NCBI GenBank assembly: GCA_019058275.1
Contig: JAHLVW010000015.1
Location: forward strand, 1-64,000
Direction: 5' to 3'
DNA length: 64,000 bases
From: Candidatus Heimdallarchaeota archaeon
Lineage (GTDB): Archaea; Asgardarchaeota; Heimdallarchaeia; JABLTI01
Part shown: positions 47,310-57,212 of the stretch, piece after piece
Layout of the letters: every line of letters begins with the position of its first letter
Position numbering within the stretch: the stretch's first letter is position 1
Notes under the pieces: generated by a model
Database searches by the model: none
Seen by the model: the letters and a program-made list of their open reading frames with translations, nothing else
What the model was told of the DNA's origin: nothing
Position numbers and translations under genes: made by a program

Positions 47310-48611
47310 CTAAATCCTTTCAAACATTTCATTAAATTCCCATTCAGTTACCTTTGTTGTGTTGGGATTTTTGACAGTTTTCGTGTATGATTCCCATTCC
47401 ATTTGTTTAGTTCTATTGTATATTTCCATGAATTGAGGTCCTAAAAAGTCACAAAGGTATTTGTCTGAATTTAATGCTGCTACAGCTTCTTTTAGAGTTC
47501 TAGGTGCTCTTACGATCTTCATTTCTTTGCGTTTTTCTTCAGTTAATTTATCGACATTCAATATTGTTCCTTCTATTGGCTCTATCTGATTTTTAACACC
47601 ATCCAAACCAGAAGCTAGTAATAGACCTAGTAATAGGTAAATATTGGCAGATGTATCTGCTCCTCTATATTCGATTCTTGCTGATTTTTCATATCCCGGT
47701 ACACGTATCAATGCAGTTCTGTTAGACATTCCCCATGAGATATAGACAGGAGCTTCATGCTCTGGTACTAGTCTTTTGTAGGAATTTACTGTTGGATTAA
47801 AAATAGCTGTTAATCCTTGTGCATGTTTTATTAACCCACCAACAAAGAATCTCAAAGTTTCTGATGGAACATTGCCTTCTGCACTGAACAGATTTTTACC
47901 ATCTTTGAAAAGCATATTATGTATATGCAAACCATTTCCTGCTTCTGAAGTGTAAGGTTTTGGCATAAAACTAGCAACAAGTCCAGCATTCCAAGATACC
48001 ATTCTAATTATTTGTTTTACAGTTTGTACCATATCTGCTGCAACTAAAACATCAGTCATAACAAATTCTATTTCTTGTTGAGAGGGACCAACTTCATGAT
48101 GTAGCATTTTTGGGTAAATATTAAAATTCATCATGAAATCTGTCATCATTCTACGCAGCTCGATCTCAGAATCCAAGGGAGGTACACACATGTAACCGCC
48201 AATATCTGCTGGTTCGCCATCTGGATTCATAACATACCATTCAATTTCGGGTCTTACTTTAAATTCGCAATTAAAATCCATTTTAGCAAGATTAATCGCT
48301 CGTTTCAGAATACTACGAGGATCACTTTGCAATGGTTGACCATTTGTATCAGTTATATCACAAATTACTCTTGCGATTCTATTGTCCCAAGGGATTACAT
48401 GAAGAGTTGATATGTCAGGACTTATACGCATATCACTTTGTTCGGTTGCGAGAAAACCAACAGAAGATCCATCAATACCTAATCCTTCTTCAAGATACTT
48501 TTTAGCGAATTTTTTAGGAACTTCTACTGCTTTCAATTCGCCAGAAATATTTGTGAATTGAAATTGAACATAATCAATTTCTGAAAGAACCTTAGCTACT
48601 TTTTGCTCCAA
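47310..48611 (-). CDS. glnA: glutamine synthetase type I family protein
   Basis: IDGSS, HHEVGPSQQEI, FMPKP..GNGLHIH, SYKRLVP, NRTALIRVP and RIEYR. Confidence 0.88.
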   Translation of the reverse strand: MEQKVAKVLSEIDYVQFQFTNISGELKAVEVPKKFAKKYLEEGLGIDGSSVGFLATEQSDMRISPDISTLHVIPWDNRIARVICDITDTNGQPLQSDPRSILKRAINLAKMDFNCEFKVRPEIEWYVMNPDGEPADIGGYMCVPPLDSEIELRRMMTDFMMNFNIYPKMLHHEVGPSQQEIEFVMTDVLVAADMVQTVKQIIRMVSWNAGLVASFMPKPYTSEAGNGLHIHNMLFKDGKNLFSAEGNVPSETLRFFVGGLIKHAQGLTAIFNPTVNSYKRLVPEHEAPVYISWGMSNRTALIRVPGYEKSARIEYRGADTSANIYLLLGLLLASGLDGVKNQIEPIEGTILNVDKLTEEKRKEMKIVRAPRTLKEAVAALNSDKYLCDFLGPQFMEIYNRTKQMEWESYTKTVKNPNTTKVTEWEFNEMFERI

Positions 48612-48851
48612 TCTTTTTCACTCCAAATAGGAATTGTTAATTTATATTGGAATTAATGAACAGAATTTCCTTTAAATTAAAGCTTTTGATACACTCACTA
48701 TTTTATCTGATATAAAATTAGATATCCGAAAATATTGGACTTAAAAGAATGTTTATTTATTTTATTCCAATTAAAACAGATGTTAGTAAAATTACTAGAC
48801 CTAATTTTGAGTGTGGTAATTTTTCCAATCAATTTTAAGTAAGGGATTCAT

Positions 48852-50738
48852 TTGAAGAATTGTAAGTTATTGAATTTTGTAATGATTATTGCCTTGTTTA
48901 TAGCTCCTATTTCTTTCCAAATAATTACAGAAAAACCCTTAACTAGTATCTCTAAACATAGAGAATCATCATCTTTTACTTTAAATCCAACAGCATATAC
49001 AAAAACTGAGGAGCTAAAACTAAAAATAGAATTCATTGGTTTTAATCGAAATCTAATCGATGAAATTTCTATTGAAAATCAATTAATATCAAATTTTCAA
49101 TTTTCACAAGCTGTACCACAAGCTGAAATTAATTTTAATTTTGAATTTAATCATATTTCAAATGCAGATAAAACTGAATTAGAAAATTATATTAATTCAA
49201 CAGCTGTAAATGGTACTGGAACAGGGTATAAATTAAATAAAACATTGTTACTAGAAGATTTAATCTCGGGTAATCGATCAGATGTTTTCATTCCTAGAGA
49301 TGGCATGTCAATTGATGCTGAGCTAATAAATGAGTATATTAATGAGCACTTATACCAAGAACCAGTCAATGATCCAGGTTATACATTTTATATTATGAAT
49401 TTTTCACTGTTTGATTCTCCTGATCATTCCCTTGAACATTGGTATGAAACTACAGGAGTTGGATTGGATTCAAATCGGACAATAACCTGGTGGTATTCTG
49501 GTTACAAGGGCTTAGAAAAGAGAGCAGCAATGGGTTGGGGTGGTAAATACCGTTTTTGTTATTTAGATCTATCAGCAAGGTCTTGGTATTTGGATTATGT
49601 TAGAACAGCTTGGAGTCAATATGGTATTGGTTCTTATAGCTTTTATGATTATCCAGATCTTGACAACTTATCTCAAACCGTTGATATTACTACTCCAGAT
49701 GGACAAGATGTGTTAACGGAATACTTGATTGATTGGATAAATTCCTACATTGGTAATGTTTTATCAGGACCTGTTTACAATGACTTGCCCATTGGAAGGT
49801 CTGTTTCTCTACAAGTTATGGTTATTAATAATTTAACAATTAACGGTTTTGATGAACGAGATCTGAAATGGTGTATATCAAAGAATAGGATAATTGATCA
49901 ATTGGTTCTTGACTTCCCTTGGATAAATTGGTTGATTGATATTGAATGGCTGGAACTAACGGACTATCCTGAATATTTCTATTATCTTCAAGAAAATATT
50001 GAAGAAGATGTTAATGGAAAATATATTGAGGTTTCTGATGGTTTCTTCTTTGAATTAGAAGATGATCTAATAACAAATTTCAATTTAAGCAGAGCAGAAA
50101 TTGTTCTTCCTTGTTACTTTTTCATAACAAATGACGTAAGCTTCAGATGGAATGGAGTATCATTTGCAGGATTAGGGGGAATGAGTTGGGAAATTTTGTT
50201 AGGAGATCAATATAGCTTATTTGAAGATGGAAATACATCTTTACCAAAAAGAGATATGTCAACAGTAATGATTCATGAACTTGGTCATTCTTTAGGATTA
50301 CCACATCCACATAGCAGTACTTTTGGTTGGGGTTCATCATTCATAAATGAAGTAATGAGTTATTTCTCTACTTCACCTAGCTTTAGTACCTTTTACAAAG
50401 ATGCAATTGGTAGAGCCCATTCAGATGCACATTATATATACGCATTGGAAGAACTAAATACAACCATGGAACGCTACGAATATGAAGGAAGACCCATCGA
50501 ATTAAATGATTTATTGGATGAAATTGACAATACACTTGATTCAATATCACTTTATTATCAGCAAATGGACTACAATGCTTCTGCTTCACTTGGAATACAT
50601 GTTAGAAGTCTAATTCAGGATACTATGGACTATTTTCAAGAAACAGGGAATTTTGGTTACTTGGGTTTCCTTGCTTTACTGATTATCCCTGTGGTCATCA
50701 TAGCTGTTTTAGTAAATAGAAAAAGAGCGATCAAATGA
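48852..50738 (+). CDS. secreted, membrane-anchored metzincin zinc metalloprotease
   Basis: N-terminal signal, HELGHSLGLPH, Met-turn VMSY and C-terminal TM plus RKR. Confidence 0.82.
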   Translation: MKNCKLLNFVMIIALFIAPISFQIITEKPLTSISKHRESSSFTLNPTAYTKTEELKLKIEFIGFNRNLIDEISIENQLISNFQFSQAVPQAEINFNFEFNHISNADKTELENYINSTAVNGTGTGYKLNKTLLLEDLISGNRSDVFIPRDGMSIDAELINEYINEHLYQEPVNDPGYTFYIMNFSLFDSPDHSLEHWYETTGVGLDSNRTITWWYSGYKGLEKRAAMGWGGKYRFCYLDLSARSWYLDYVRTAWSQYGIGSYSFYDYPDLDNLSQTVDITTPDGQDVLTEYLIDWINSYIGNVLSGPVYNDLPIGRSVSLQVMVINNLTINGFDERDLKWCISKNRIIDQLVLDFPWINWLIDIEWLELTDYPEYFYYLQENIEEDVNGKYIEVSDGFFFELEDDLITNFNLSRAEIVLPCYFFITNDVSFRWNGVSFAGLGGMSWEILLGDQYSLFEDGNTSLPKRDMSTVMIHELGHSLGLPHPHSSTFGWGSSFINEVMSYFSTSPSFSTFYKDAIGRAHSDAHYIYALEELNTTMERYEYEGRPIELNDLLDEIDNTLDSISLYYQQMDYNASASLGIHVRSLIQDTMDYFQETGNFGYLGFLALLIIPVVIIAVLVNRKRAIK

Positions 50739-50855
50739 TAATTTTTTACACCTTAACTTTAAGGTATTCCGTTTCTCTTTTCACCCAGATCTAAGAAAAC
50801 TTTATTTAAGAGTGCATTATCACTTGAAATTACAAATTTGGAGGTGCTAGTTAAG

Positions 50856-50927
50856 ATGATAGACATGGCTATTATTTGTTTAAAAAATGGTTTTCAACTA
50901 AGCATCTCAATAGAAGATTCATTATAA
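50856..50927 (+). CDS. putative 23-aa leader/uORF (MIDMAIICLKNGFQLSISIEDSL)
   Basis: Strong GGAGGTG SD at 50840-50846 before ATG 50856; TAA at 50925-50927. Confidence 0.3.
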   Translation: MIDMAIICLKNGFQLSISIEDSL

Positions 50928-51139
50928 CACAGATAGTTCTTGTGTTTGGTAATTTTTTTCTGTTGTAATGACTTTAGAAAAAGACTTGTTTTCAAACATA
51001 TTTGCTAATCAAAGTCTTATTGGATTTTTATTGAAAACCCAGTGCAATCTAGGTCAAAAAATATCTGAATCTGATAAGTGTTGAAGATTTCGCCTGAATC
51101 TTCTTTGCTAATACCAATTAAAAAAAGAGGAATAAAAAA

Positions 51140-52213
51140 TTGACACAAGAAAAGAAAAAAGCACAAATTAAAGTGTATTACAAGAATAATAAAAAGAAAA
51201 GTTTGTCTCGAGAAGAATCAAAGCTCGGTGAAGCTGAATCAATATCAGATTCAAATGAATCCGAATTAAATGAGGAGCAGCTAAGAGTTGAAGATCTAGA
51301 GAGTCATGAACGCATTAAAGTTCGACAGAAAATAAAAGGTGTAAAGAGAGCCATTCGCACAGTTGAACGTGATCCTAAAGAAATGATAACAAAATATGAC
51401 AGAAAGACATTTGATCCTGGTTTTATGCAAATGCATACAAAGGAAATCACTTACAAACTACTAAGAGAGGAACTCAAAAAAACAGGTCTAATTAGTGATT
51501 TAGTCAAAGAGGTTAACGCAGGAAAAGAAGCCACAATCTTCATTGCACATTTACAAGGAGCATCCCTTATAATCAAATCTTTCAGGCATCAATTGACTTG
51601 TCATAGACAATCTAAAGGAAATCCACAGCAAATTGCTACCTCTATTGCTAGTAGAGAATACTATAGACTTACTAAAGCATATAAAGCTGGAATGCGAGTA
51701 CCTACACCAGCGAGACAGATTAACAATACCATTGCTATGAGCTTCATTGGAGAAGGGTGGGAACCAGCACCACAACTTCGAAATGTCACATTAGAAAACC
51801 CAGAAGTGGTTTTGGATGAGATTATAGAACAATTAAGAATAATGTATAGAAAAGCACAATTGATTCATGGAGATCTTTCTGAATACAATATTTTAGTTCA
51901 CCAAGGAAAACCTGTGATAATAGATTTCCCACAAGCAATAGACATAAGCCTAGTAGTTTCAAGATATATGGAAGTAAGAAAACGAAACCATCAAGTATTA
52001 CAAAAAGATATTCAAACGATTTGTAATTTCTTTGAGAAAGAATACAATCTCACTTTTGACTTCAATGAAGTATATGATTACATCGCAGGAAAAGATGCTA
52101 AATTCGAGAAAGTCGATTATTCAATAGAAGAAATTGAAGAAATGATAGGATTACAAAGATCTAATATAGAAATTCGAGACAAAACGATACATCTGGATAG
52201 CTACCAATATTAG
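51140..52213 (+). CDS. rio1: RIO1-family serine/threonine kinase
   Basis: AGKEATIF, RVPTP, MSFIG, LIHGDLSEYNIL and IIDFPQA. Confidence 0.88.
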   Translation: MTQEKKKAQIKVYYKNNKKKSLSREESKLGEAESISDSNESELNEEQLRVEDLESHERIKVRQKIKGVKRAIRTVERDPKEMITKYDRKTFDPGFMQMHTKEITYKLLREELKKTGLISDLVKEVNAGKEATIFIAHLQGASLIIKSFRHQLTCHRQSKGNPQQIATSIASREYYRLTKAYKAGMRVPTPARQINNTIAMSFIGEGWEPAPQLRNVTLENPEVVLDEIIEQLRIMYRKAQLIHGDLSEYNILVHQGKPVIIDFPQAIDISLVVSRYMEVRKRNHQVLQKDIQTICNFFEKEYNLTFDFNEVYDYIAGKDAKFEKVDYSIEEIEEMIGLQRSNIEIRDKTIHLDSYQY

Positions 52214-52232
52214 TTGGTAGTTGTTCATTTTT

Positions 52233-53135
52233 CTAAAACCAGCTATCAAGTTTACTTTGATTAGTTGAGCTGGTGTTTGTATAAGATGATTTATACTCGT
52301 GTAAATTATATTTTTGACGTAATTTTGTTAGCTTTTTGTAAATACTATCTTTATAGCTCTTCGGTGGAGAACGACCCTTATAATAATCTTTGAAATTTGG
52401 TAAAAGCTTCGGATGAACCATTTCTATGAATTCTAGAAATCGTTTTTTAGGTGAGCTTGTTAAATACATTATACCAGGAATAACATATTTGGGTTTAACC
52501 TTACTAATTTCGCTAAATAACTCCTCCAAGTCTTCATCAGAATCATTCAGAAAGGGGATTATTGGCATTAATAATATGCCAACATTTATGCTAAAAGAAC
52601 TCAGTTCTTCAGCAAGTTTTAGTCGTCCTTGAGTTGAAGTTGTTCTCGGTTCTATCTGTTTTCTAATTTGATCATTGATTGAAGAAATGGAAATTACTAC
52701 ATCAACATAAGTTTCCTTTGACATTTCAGTTATGATATCAATGTCTCGAGATATCAAATTAGATTTTGTAGCTATTGTAAGAGGTACTTTGTATCTACTA
52801 AATTCCTTTAACATTTCTCGTGTTATCTGGTTTTTTTTTTTAATAGGTTGATATGGATCGCAAATTGATCCCAAATTAACTAATTCCTTTTTCCATTTTG
52901 GATTTGATAATTCTTTTCTCAATATTTGTGCTGCATTTTTCTTAACAATAATAGTTGTTTCAAAATCACTTTCTGGGTCAAGATTAAGATATCTATGAGT
53001 ATATCTAGCATAACAATAGATACATGAGTGTAAGCATCCTCGATATGGATTAGCTCCCTAATTAAATGGTAATCTCGGACTATCGATTTTATGTAGGATG
53101 CCTTTGCTATTGTGCTCAATATAAGTTATTTTCAA
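52233..53135 (-). pseudogene. SPL-like (Rv2578c-type) radical SAM protein interrupted by in-frame TAG
   Basis: TTG at 53135 gives MKITYIEHNSKGILHKIDSPRLPFN*GANPYRGCLHSCIYCYAR, in frame with ORF 52233..52922; TAG at 53058-53060. Confidence 0.8.
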
Positions 53136-53204
53136 TATTACTCACAAAAGTAAATTGTAAACTCTTTATTAAGTTAATATAATAATTTGTATTAAAAAAC
53201 AGTA

Positions 53205-53876
53205 CTATGTCTTTTTAGCAAGTATAACATCTACCGGTAGACCCCACATATTCATCTCTTTAATATCCATGATTACAAAATTCGCGTTTTTCAGATGGTC
53301 TCTTATGTAGATCGGTCGACAATCAGTTAGATTTGGATATTTCCTGTGAAACCATTCGTATATTTTTACTATATAATTCGTTTTTCTCTTTGATAGTGTA
53401 ACTACACAAATAAGACCTTTATTTTGCAAAACTCGAGAGGATTCACTTAGCACTACTGGGATTTCTTCTAAATTAAACAATTCAATTGTAAAACTGATTA
53501 AAATTTTATCGAATGCACTTCTCTTATAAGGCAATGATGAAGCATCACCACATAAGATATGAATTGGTTGTCCTACTTTCTTTCTTTTGATTTTTCGACG
53601 AGTTTTTTCTATCATGCCATCTGAGATATCAATGCCATTAACAGAACCATCGAAACCAACTTTTTTTGCTATTGAAATGATTGAGTCACCTGTTCCAAAA
53701 CCAATTTCCAGAATGGATTCCCCTAATTTTGAATCTAGTAACTTTAGACCAATTTTTTTGTAACACTTTTCAAAAATACTAAATGCATCATACCATTTAC
53801 TCATTCGATTGTAGCTTTCTTTAGTAACTTTTTTTGATAGGAGGAGTTCTTGCTGGTTTTCTTGTTGTTTTGCCAT
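53205..53876 (-). CDS. class I SAM-dependent methyltransferase (UbiE-like)
   Basis: ILEIGFGTG, GIDIS..M, GDASSLPY and DCRPI. Confidence 0.85.
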   Translation of the reverse strand: MAKQQENQQELLLSKKVTKESYNRMSKWYDAFSIFEKCYKKIGLKLLDSKLGESILEIGFGTGDSIISIAKKVGFDGSVNGIDISDGMIEKTRRKIKRKKVGQPIHILCGDASSLPYKRSAFDKILISFTIELFNLEEIPVVLSESSRVLQNKGLICVVTLSKRKTNYIVKIYEWFHRKYPNLTDCRPIYIRDHLKNANFVIMDIKEMNMWGLPVDVILAKKT

Positions 53877-54007
53877 TTAAATTACCTTAGGTATATGATA
53901 TTCTATCTTGTATTAGTTTCTTAATTTTATACATTTAAAGATAATCCCAAAATAAAGAGGTAAGATTAATTATGTACTTGAGGATTGATTATTAGAGTGA
54001 AAAAGAA

Positions 54008-54382
54008 ATGTTTGAAACAATATCAACAATATTAATAATTTTAGCTTCAACCATCCTTCAACAAACACACATTATTTCATTTGCTTTCTGCCCATTAATT
54101 TTTGGTGGAACAGCAATTTTCGCTATTGTTAAGTGGATAAAATTAGAACCGGGTAGGAAGCGTGAAATGATTTGGTCAATTTTGATTATAATACTTGCAG
54201 TTCTTGTGTTAGTATTTGTAGGATTGAACACTTTTCTTTGGCTTAATGACTACTTGTTATTCTACCTTTTTATGGTACTAAGATTTTCATTGCTAGTTCT
54301 ATTGGCAATTTTAATGAATCCATATATTAAGTGGGCTCCACTAAAATCGGTATTTATTACCAAGACAGAAATAGCAAAGTGA
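54008..54382 (+). CDS. hypothetical membrane protein
   Basis: Three to four hydrophobic helices. Confidence 0.6.
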   Translation: MFETISTILIILASTILQQTHIISFAFCPLIFGGTAIFAIVKWIKLEPGRKREMIWSILIIILAVLVLVFVGLNTFLWLNDYLLFYLFMVLRFSLLVLLAILMNPYIKWAPLKSVFITKTEIAK

Positions 54383-54445
54383 TTTTTTACACTTTTTTTC
54401 TGTTTTATTAAAAATACTAATTAACCCAAAAGGTTTGAAAAAGGC

Positions 54446-54832
54446 ATGAAAGCATTCAGCTCAACTATAACATTTCTTCAAACAAATGATTTAAAGAATA
54501 CATCTGATTTTTATGAACAAAATTTACAATGTAAACTTATTTTAGATCAAGGACAATGCCGGATATTTGAGACATCAAAAAATGCCTATATTGGCTTTTG
54601 CTCACATGACTTTCTTGAAAAGAATCAGAACACAGTTTGTTTAACATTTGTTTGTAATTCAAAAGAAGAAGTTGACATTTGGTATGAAAAGTTAAAAGAA
54701 AAGAAAGTTCCGATAAAAGCTTGTCCAGCTGAAAATCAGAAATTTAAGATTTACAATTTCTTCGCAACTGATCCAAATGGTATAAGCATTGAAGTTCAAT
54801 ATTTTTTACATAAATTTCCACCTGATGAATGA
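54446..54832 (+). CDS. VOC/glyoxalase family protein
   Basis: DL..TSDFYEQNL and IYNFFATDPNGISIEVQ. Confidence 0.85.
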   Translation: MKAFSSTITFLQTNDLKNTSDFYEQNLQCKLILDQGQCRIFETSKNAYIGFCSHDFLEKNQNTVCLTFVCNSKEEVDIWYEKLKEKKVPIKACPAENQKFKIYNFFATDPNGISIEVQYFLHKFPPDE

Positions 54833-54862
54833 AAAAAACAACTCAAAGTTAGAGGAAACATA

Positions 54863-56203
54863 ATGGAAAACATAGAGATATCTTCTGAAAATAATAATAA
54901 TTCAGAAAAGCAAAAAGCTTGGAAGAATTTTCTCAAGATGTATCTAGTGTTAGCCATTCTATTTCTAATTATGTTTGCAATGAGATCGACAGTTACAATA
55001 TTGCAAGTCTATGTTCCTGATATTAGTGCAACTTTTGCTATGACGGAGGGAAGAATAGCTATTATTTTTACAATTTATAATTTAACTGCAGCACTATTTT
55101 CTCTATTTGTAGGTCCTATTACAGAACGGGTTGGTTATAAAGTCATAATGTATACTGGCATGTTTACTTATGCTATTGCTATAGGTTTATCCGCTTTAGC
55201 TGTACAATTTTGGATGTTAGCACTAGCTCAATCAATTGGTGGTATTGGTGCTTCATTTTTTGGACCAGCAACCATTGCTTATGCAGGGGATTATTTTCCA
55301 AAAGAAAAAATTTCTACAGCTATTGGTCTTATTATGTCCTCATTTTATGTAGCAACAATTGTTGCTGTTCCCATTAACACTTACATTGCAGAGCTATTAA
55401 ATTGGCAGTGGGCTGTGGGTGTAATGGCAATCTTGAGCTTGCTTGTTTTCATTCTTATCATTATGATAGTCCCAAGAATTAAAGAGAAAAAGATTGAATC
55501 AACAGAAAGTAAAACAGATGAAAATGAACAAGTAGAGATTAAAGAAGAGAATAATTTGAATTATTTTGTTAGAATGAAGCTTGTTTTACAAAATAAATAT
55601 GCAGTAGGTACTTTCTTCATTACACTATTTCAAAGGGGAGGTTTGTTTGCTATGACAACATTACTATCAACTTGGCTGGCTAGGGATGGTTTTTGGAACG
55701 GACACTTCTTAGGATTAGACAAAAGTCAAACTGGGCTTGTTCTTATGGGTACAGGAATTGCAGCTTTGATTAGTAATACTATATTTAGCTGGGCTGCAGA
55801 CAGAATTGGTAAGCGAACAATTATCTTAATGGGTACTGGTTTAACAGGTATAGCAATAACTGTCTTTCCAGTATTAGCTGAAGTATATCACAATTTGAAT
55901 ATAGCGATAATTGGTTTTATCGTTGTGAATTTCTTTGGTGGAATTTCAATGGGTAGTTATAATGCATTTGTAACTGAAGTTGCACCAAAATCAAAAGGAA
56001 CATCAGTAGCAATAAACAATGCTTTTGGACAAATTGGTCTAGCTATTGCTGTTGCTTTAATCGCAAGACTAGTTTGGGATAAAACATTGAATTACGCTTA
56101 TTGTGCTTTTGTAGCTCTTGGATTCTACATTATAACAACAATTCTAATGTTTGTGATAGTTAGACCAAAAAAGATACAGGAAAATGCTTCAAAAGCAAAT
56201 TGA
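54863..56203 (+). CDS. MFS transporter
   Basis: ~12 TM; GPITERVGYK and WAADRIGKR motif A. Confidence 0.9.
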   Translation: MENIEISSENNNNSEKQKAWKNFLKMYLVLAILFLIMFAMRSTVTILQVYVPDISATFAMTEGRIAIIFTIYNLTAALFSLFVGPITERVGYKVIMYTGMFTYAIAIGLSALAVQFWMLALAQSIGGIGASFFGPATIAYAGDYFPKEKISTAIGLIMSSFYVATIVAVPINTYIAELLNWQWAVGVMAILSLLVFILIIMIVPRIKEKKIESTESKTDENEQVEIKEENNLNYFVRMKLVLQNKYAVGTFFITLFQRGGLFAMTTLLSTWLARDGFWNGHFLGLDKSQTGLVLMGTGIAALISNTIFSWAADRIGKRTIILMGTGLTGIAITVFPVLAEVYHNLNIAIIGFIVVNFFGGISMGSYNAFVTEVAPKSKGTSVAINNAFGQIGLAIAVALIARLVWDKTLNYAYCAFVALGFYIITTILMFVIVRPKKIQENASKAN

Positions 56204-56295
56204 TTTAATTACAAAAAAATGTTACTCAAAACACAAAGTTATTTGATATGTAATATTTAGTGTTTGTAGTAAAATATCATAATCGAGGTGGAAAA

Positions 56296-57057
56296 TTGCA
56301 GATTAAAGGCAAAGAAATCCATGAATTAAAAGTAATTCAAGAATTGACTGTTTCCTTTAGAAGTGCTAATTCATTTGATGATATATACAATGGTTGTAAG
56401 ATTGTTTTCGAAAAATACTTGCCCTACGATTCTATTATAATTTTTATTTTTGATTTCCTAGAAAATTTACAAGTAAAAACTAAAGTAGGACTAGAAATTT
56501 CTATTGATGAGAGCGATTCAAATCCTAAGAAGAATGATTTACTGAAAAGTCTCTTTAATGACAAAACCATGAGAAGTTTTCATAATTGGAAGGGAGAGAT
56601 GGAACTTCAGAAGATATTCTTCAAATCCCCTCAGATAATGTCCGTTTCGATTATTCCATTGATTTCAAAAAATCGTATTTTGGGATTCATTACTATTGGA
56701 AATTCAGCTAAATATGAATTTAGTGAAGAAGAAAATAGAATATTACAAATTCTGAGCCAGATGATAAGTTACTATGTGGAGAATTTACTTTTTCAAGAAG
56801 ACCTACTCAAACAAAATGAAGTGTTAAAAGGTATTACCAAGCAAATGAGACATGATTTTGCCAATGATATTCAATCAATGGCAATGGCAATAGAACTACT
56901 AACAACAACAGAGTTATCTGAAGAGCAAGAAAAATTCACTAGAATTCTAAATAATTCCAAAAATGCAGCCATAGAGAAATTACAAGAACTGAAAAGGTTG
57001 AAAAATAAATTCGAAAAAAAAGTAGAATTATCATTAGGTTTAACTATTGACAAATAA
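56296..57057 (+). CDS. GAF domain protein with HisKA-like C-terminus
   Basis: SVSIIPL..RILGFITIG..FSEEE..IL (GAF); MRHDFANDIQ H-box; no HATPase; TTG 56296 follows GAGGTG. Confidence 0.75.
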   Translation: MQIKGKEIHELKVIQELTVSFRSANSFDDIYNGCKIVFEKYLPYDSIIIFIFDFLENLQVKTKVGLEISIDESDSNPKKNDLLKSLFNDKTMRSFHNWKGEMELQKIFFKSPQIMSVSIIPLISKNRILGFITIGNSAKYEFSEEENRILQILSQMISYYVENLLFQEDLLKQNEVLKGITKQMRHDFANDIQSMAMAIELLTTTELSEEQEKFTRILNNSKNAAIEKLQELKRLKNKFEKKVELSLGLTIDK

Positions 57058-57212
57058 AAGTAGTTCTATGGAACTCATCAATTAGAAACTAAAGAAAGCT
57101 TTTTTTAAGAATTCTAGATGTAAAAGTTCTAACTCTCACTGTATATAATAAGTTATAAACTTAATTAACAAATATCTCGGGAGCAAGCAAAAACTACAAT
57201 GAGGTCACTTAT

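Noticed and set aside
52831-52841. T11 homopolymer as a frameshift or phase-variation site
   Set aside because: The reading frame stays intact across it
53058-53060. Pyrrolysine/amber recoding
   Set aside because: No pyl genes in the window, TAG is used as an ordinary stop elsewhere (e.g. 889-891), and TGG>TAG is simpler
52919-53119. 66-aa ORF MSTIAKASY...
   Set aside because: Wrong frame; the real N-terminus of the radical SAM gene is in the frame containing the TAG
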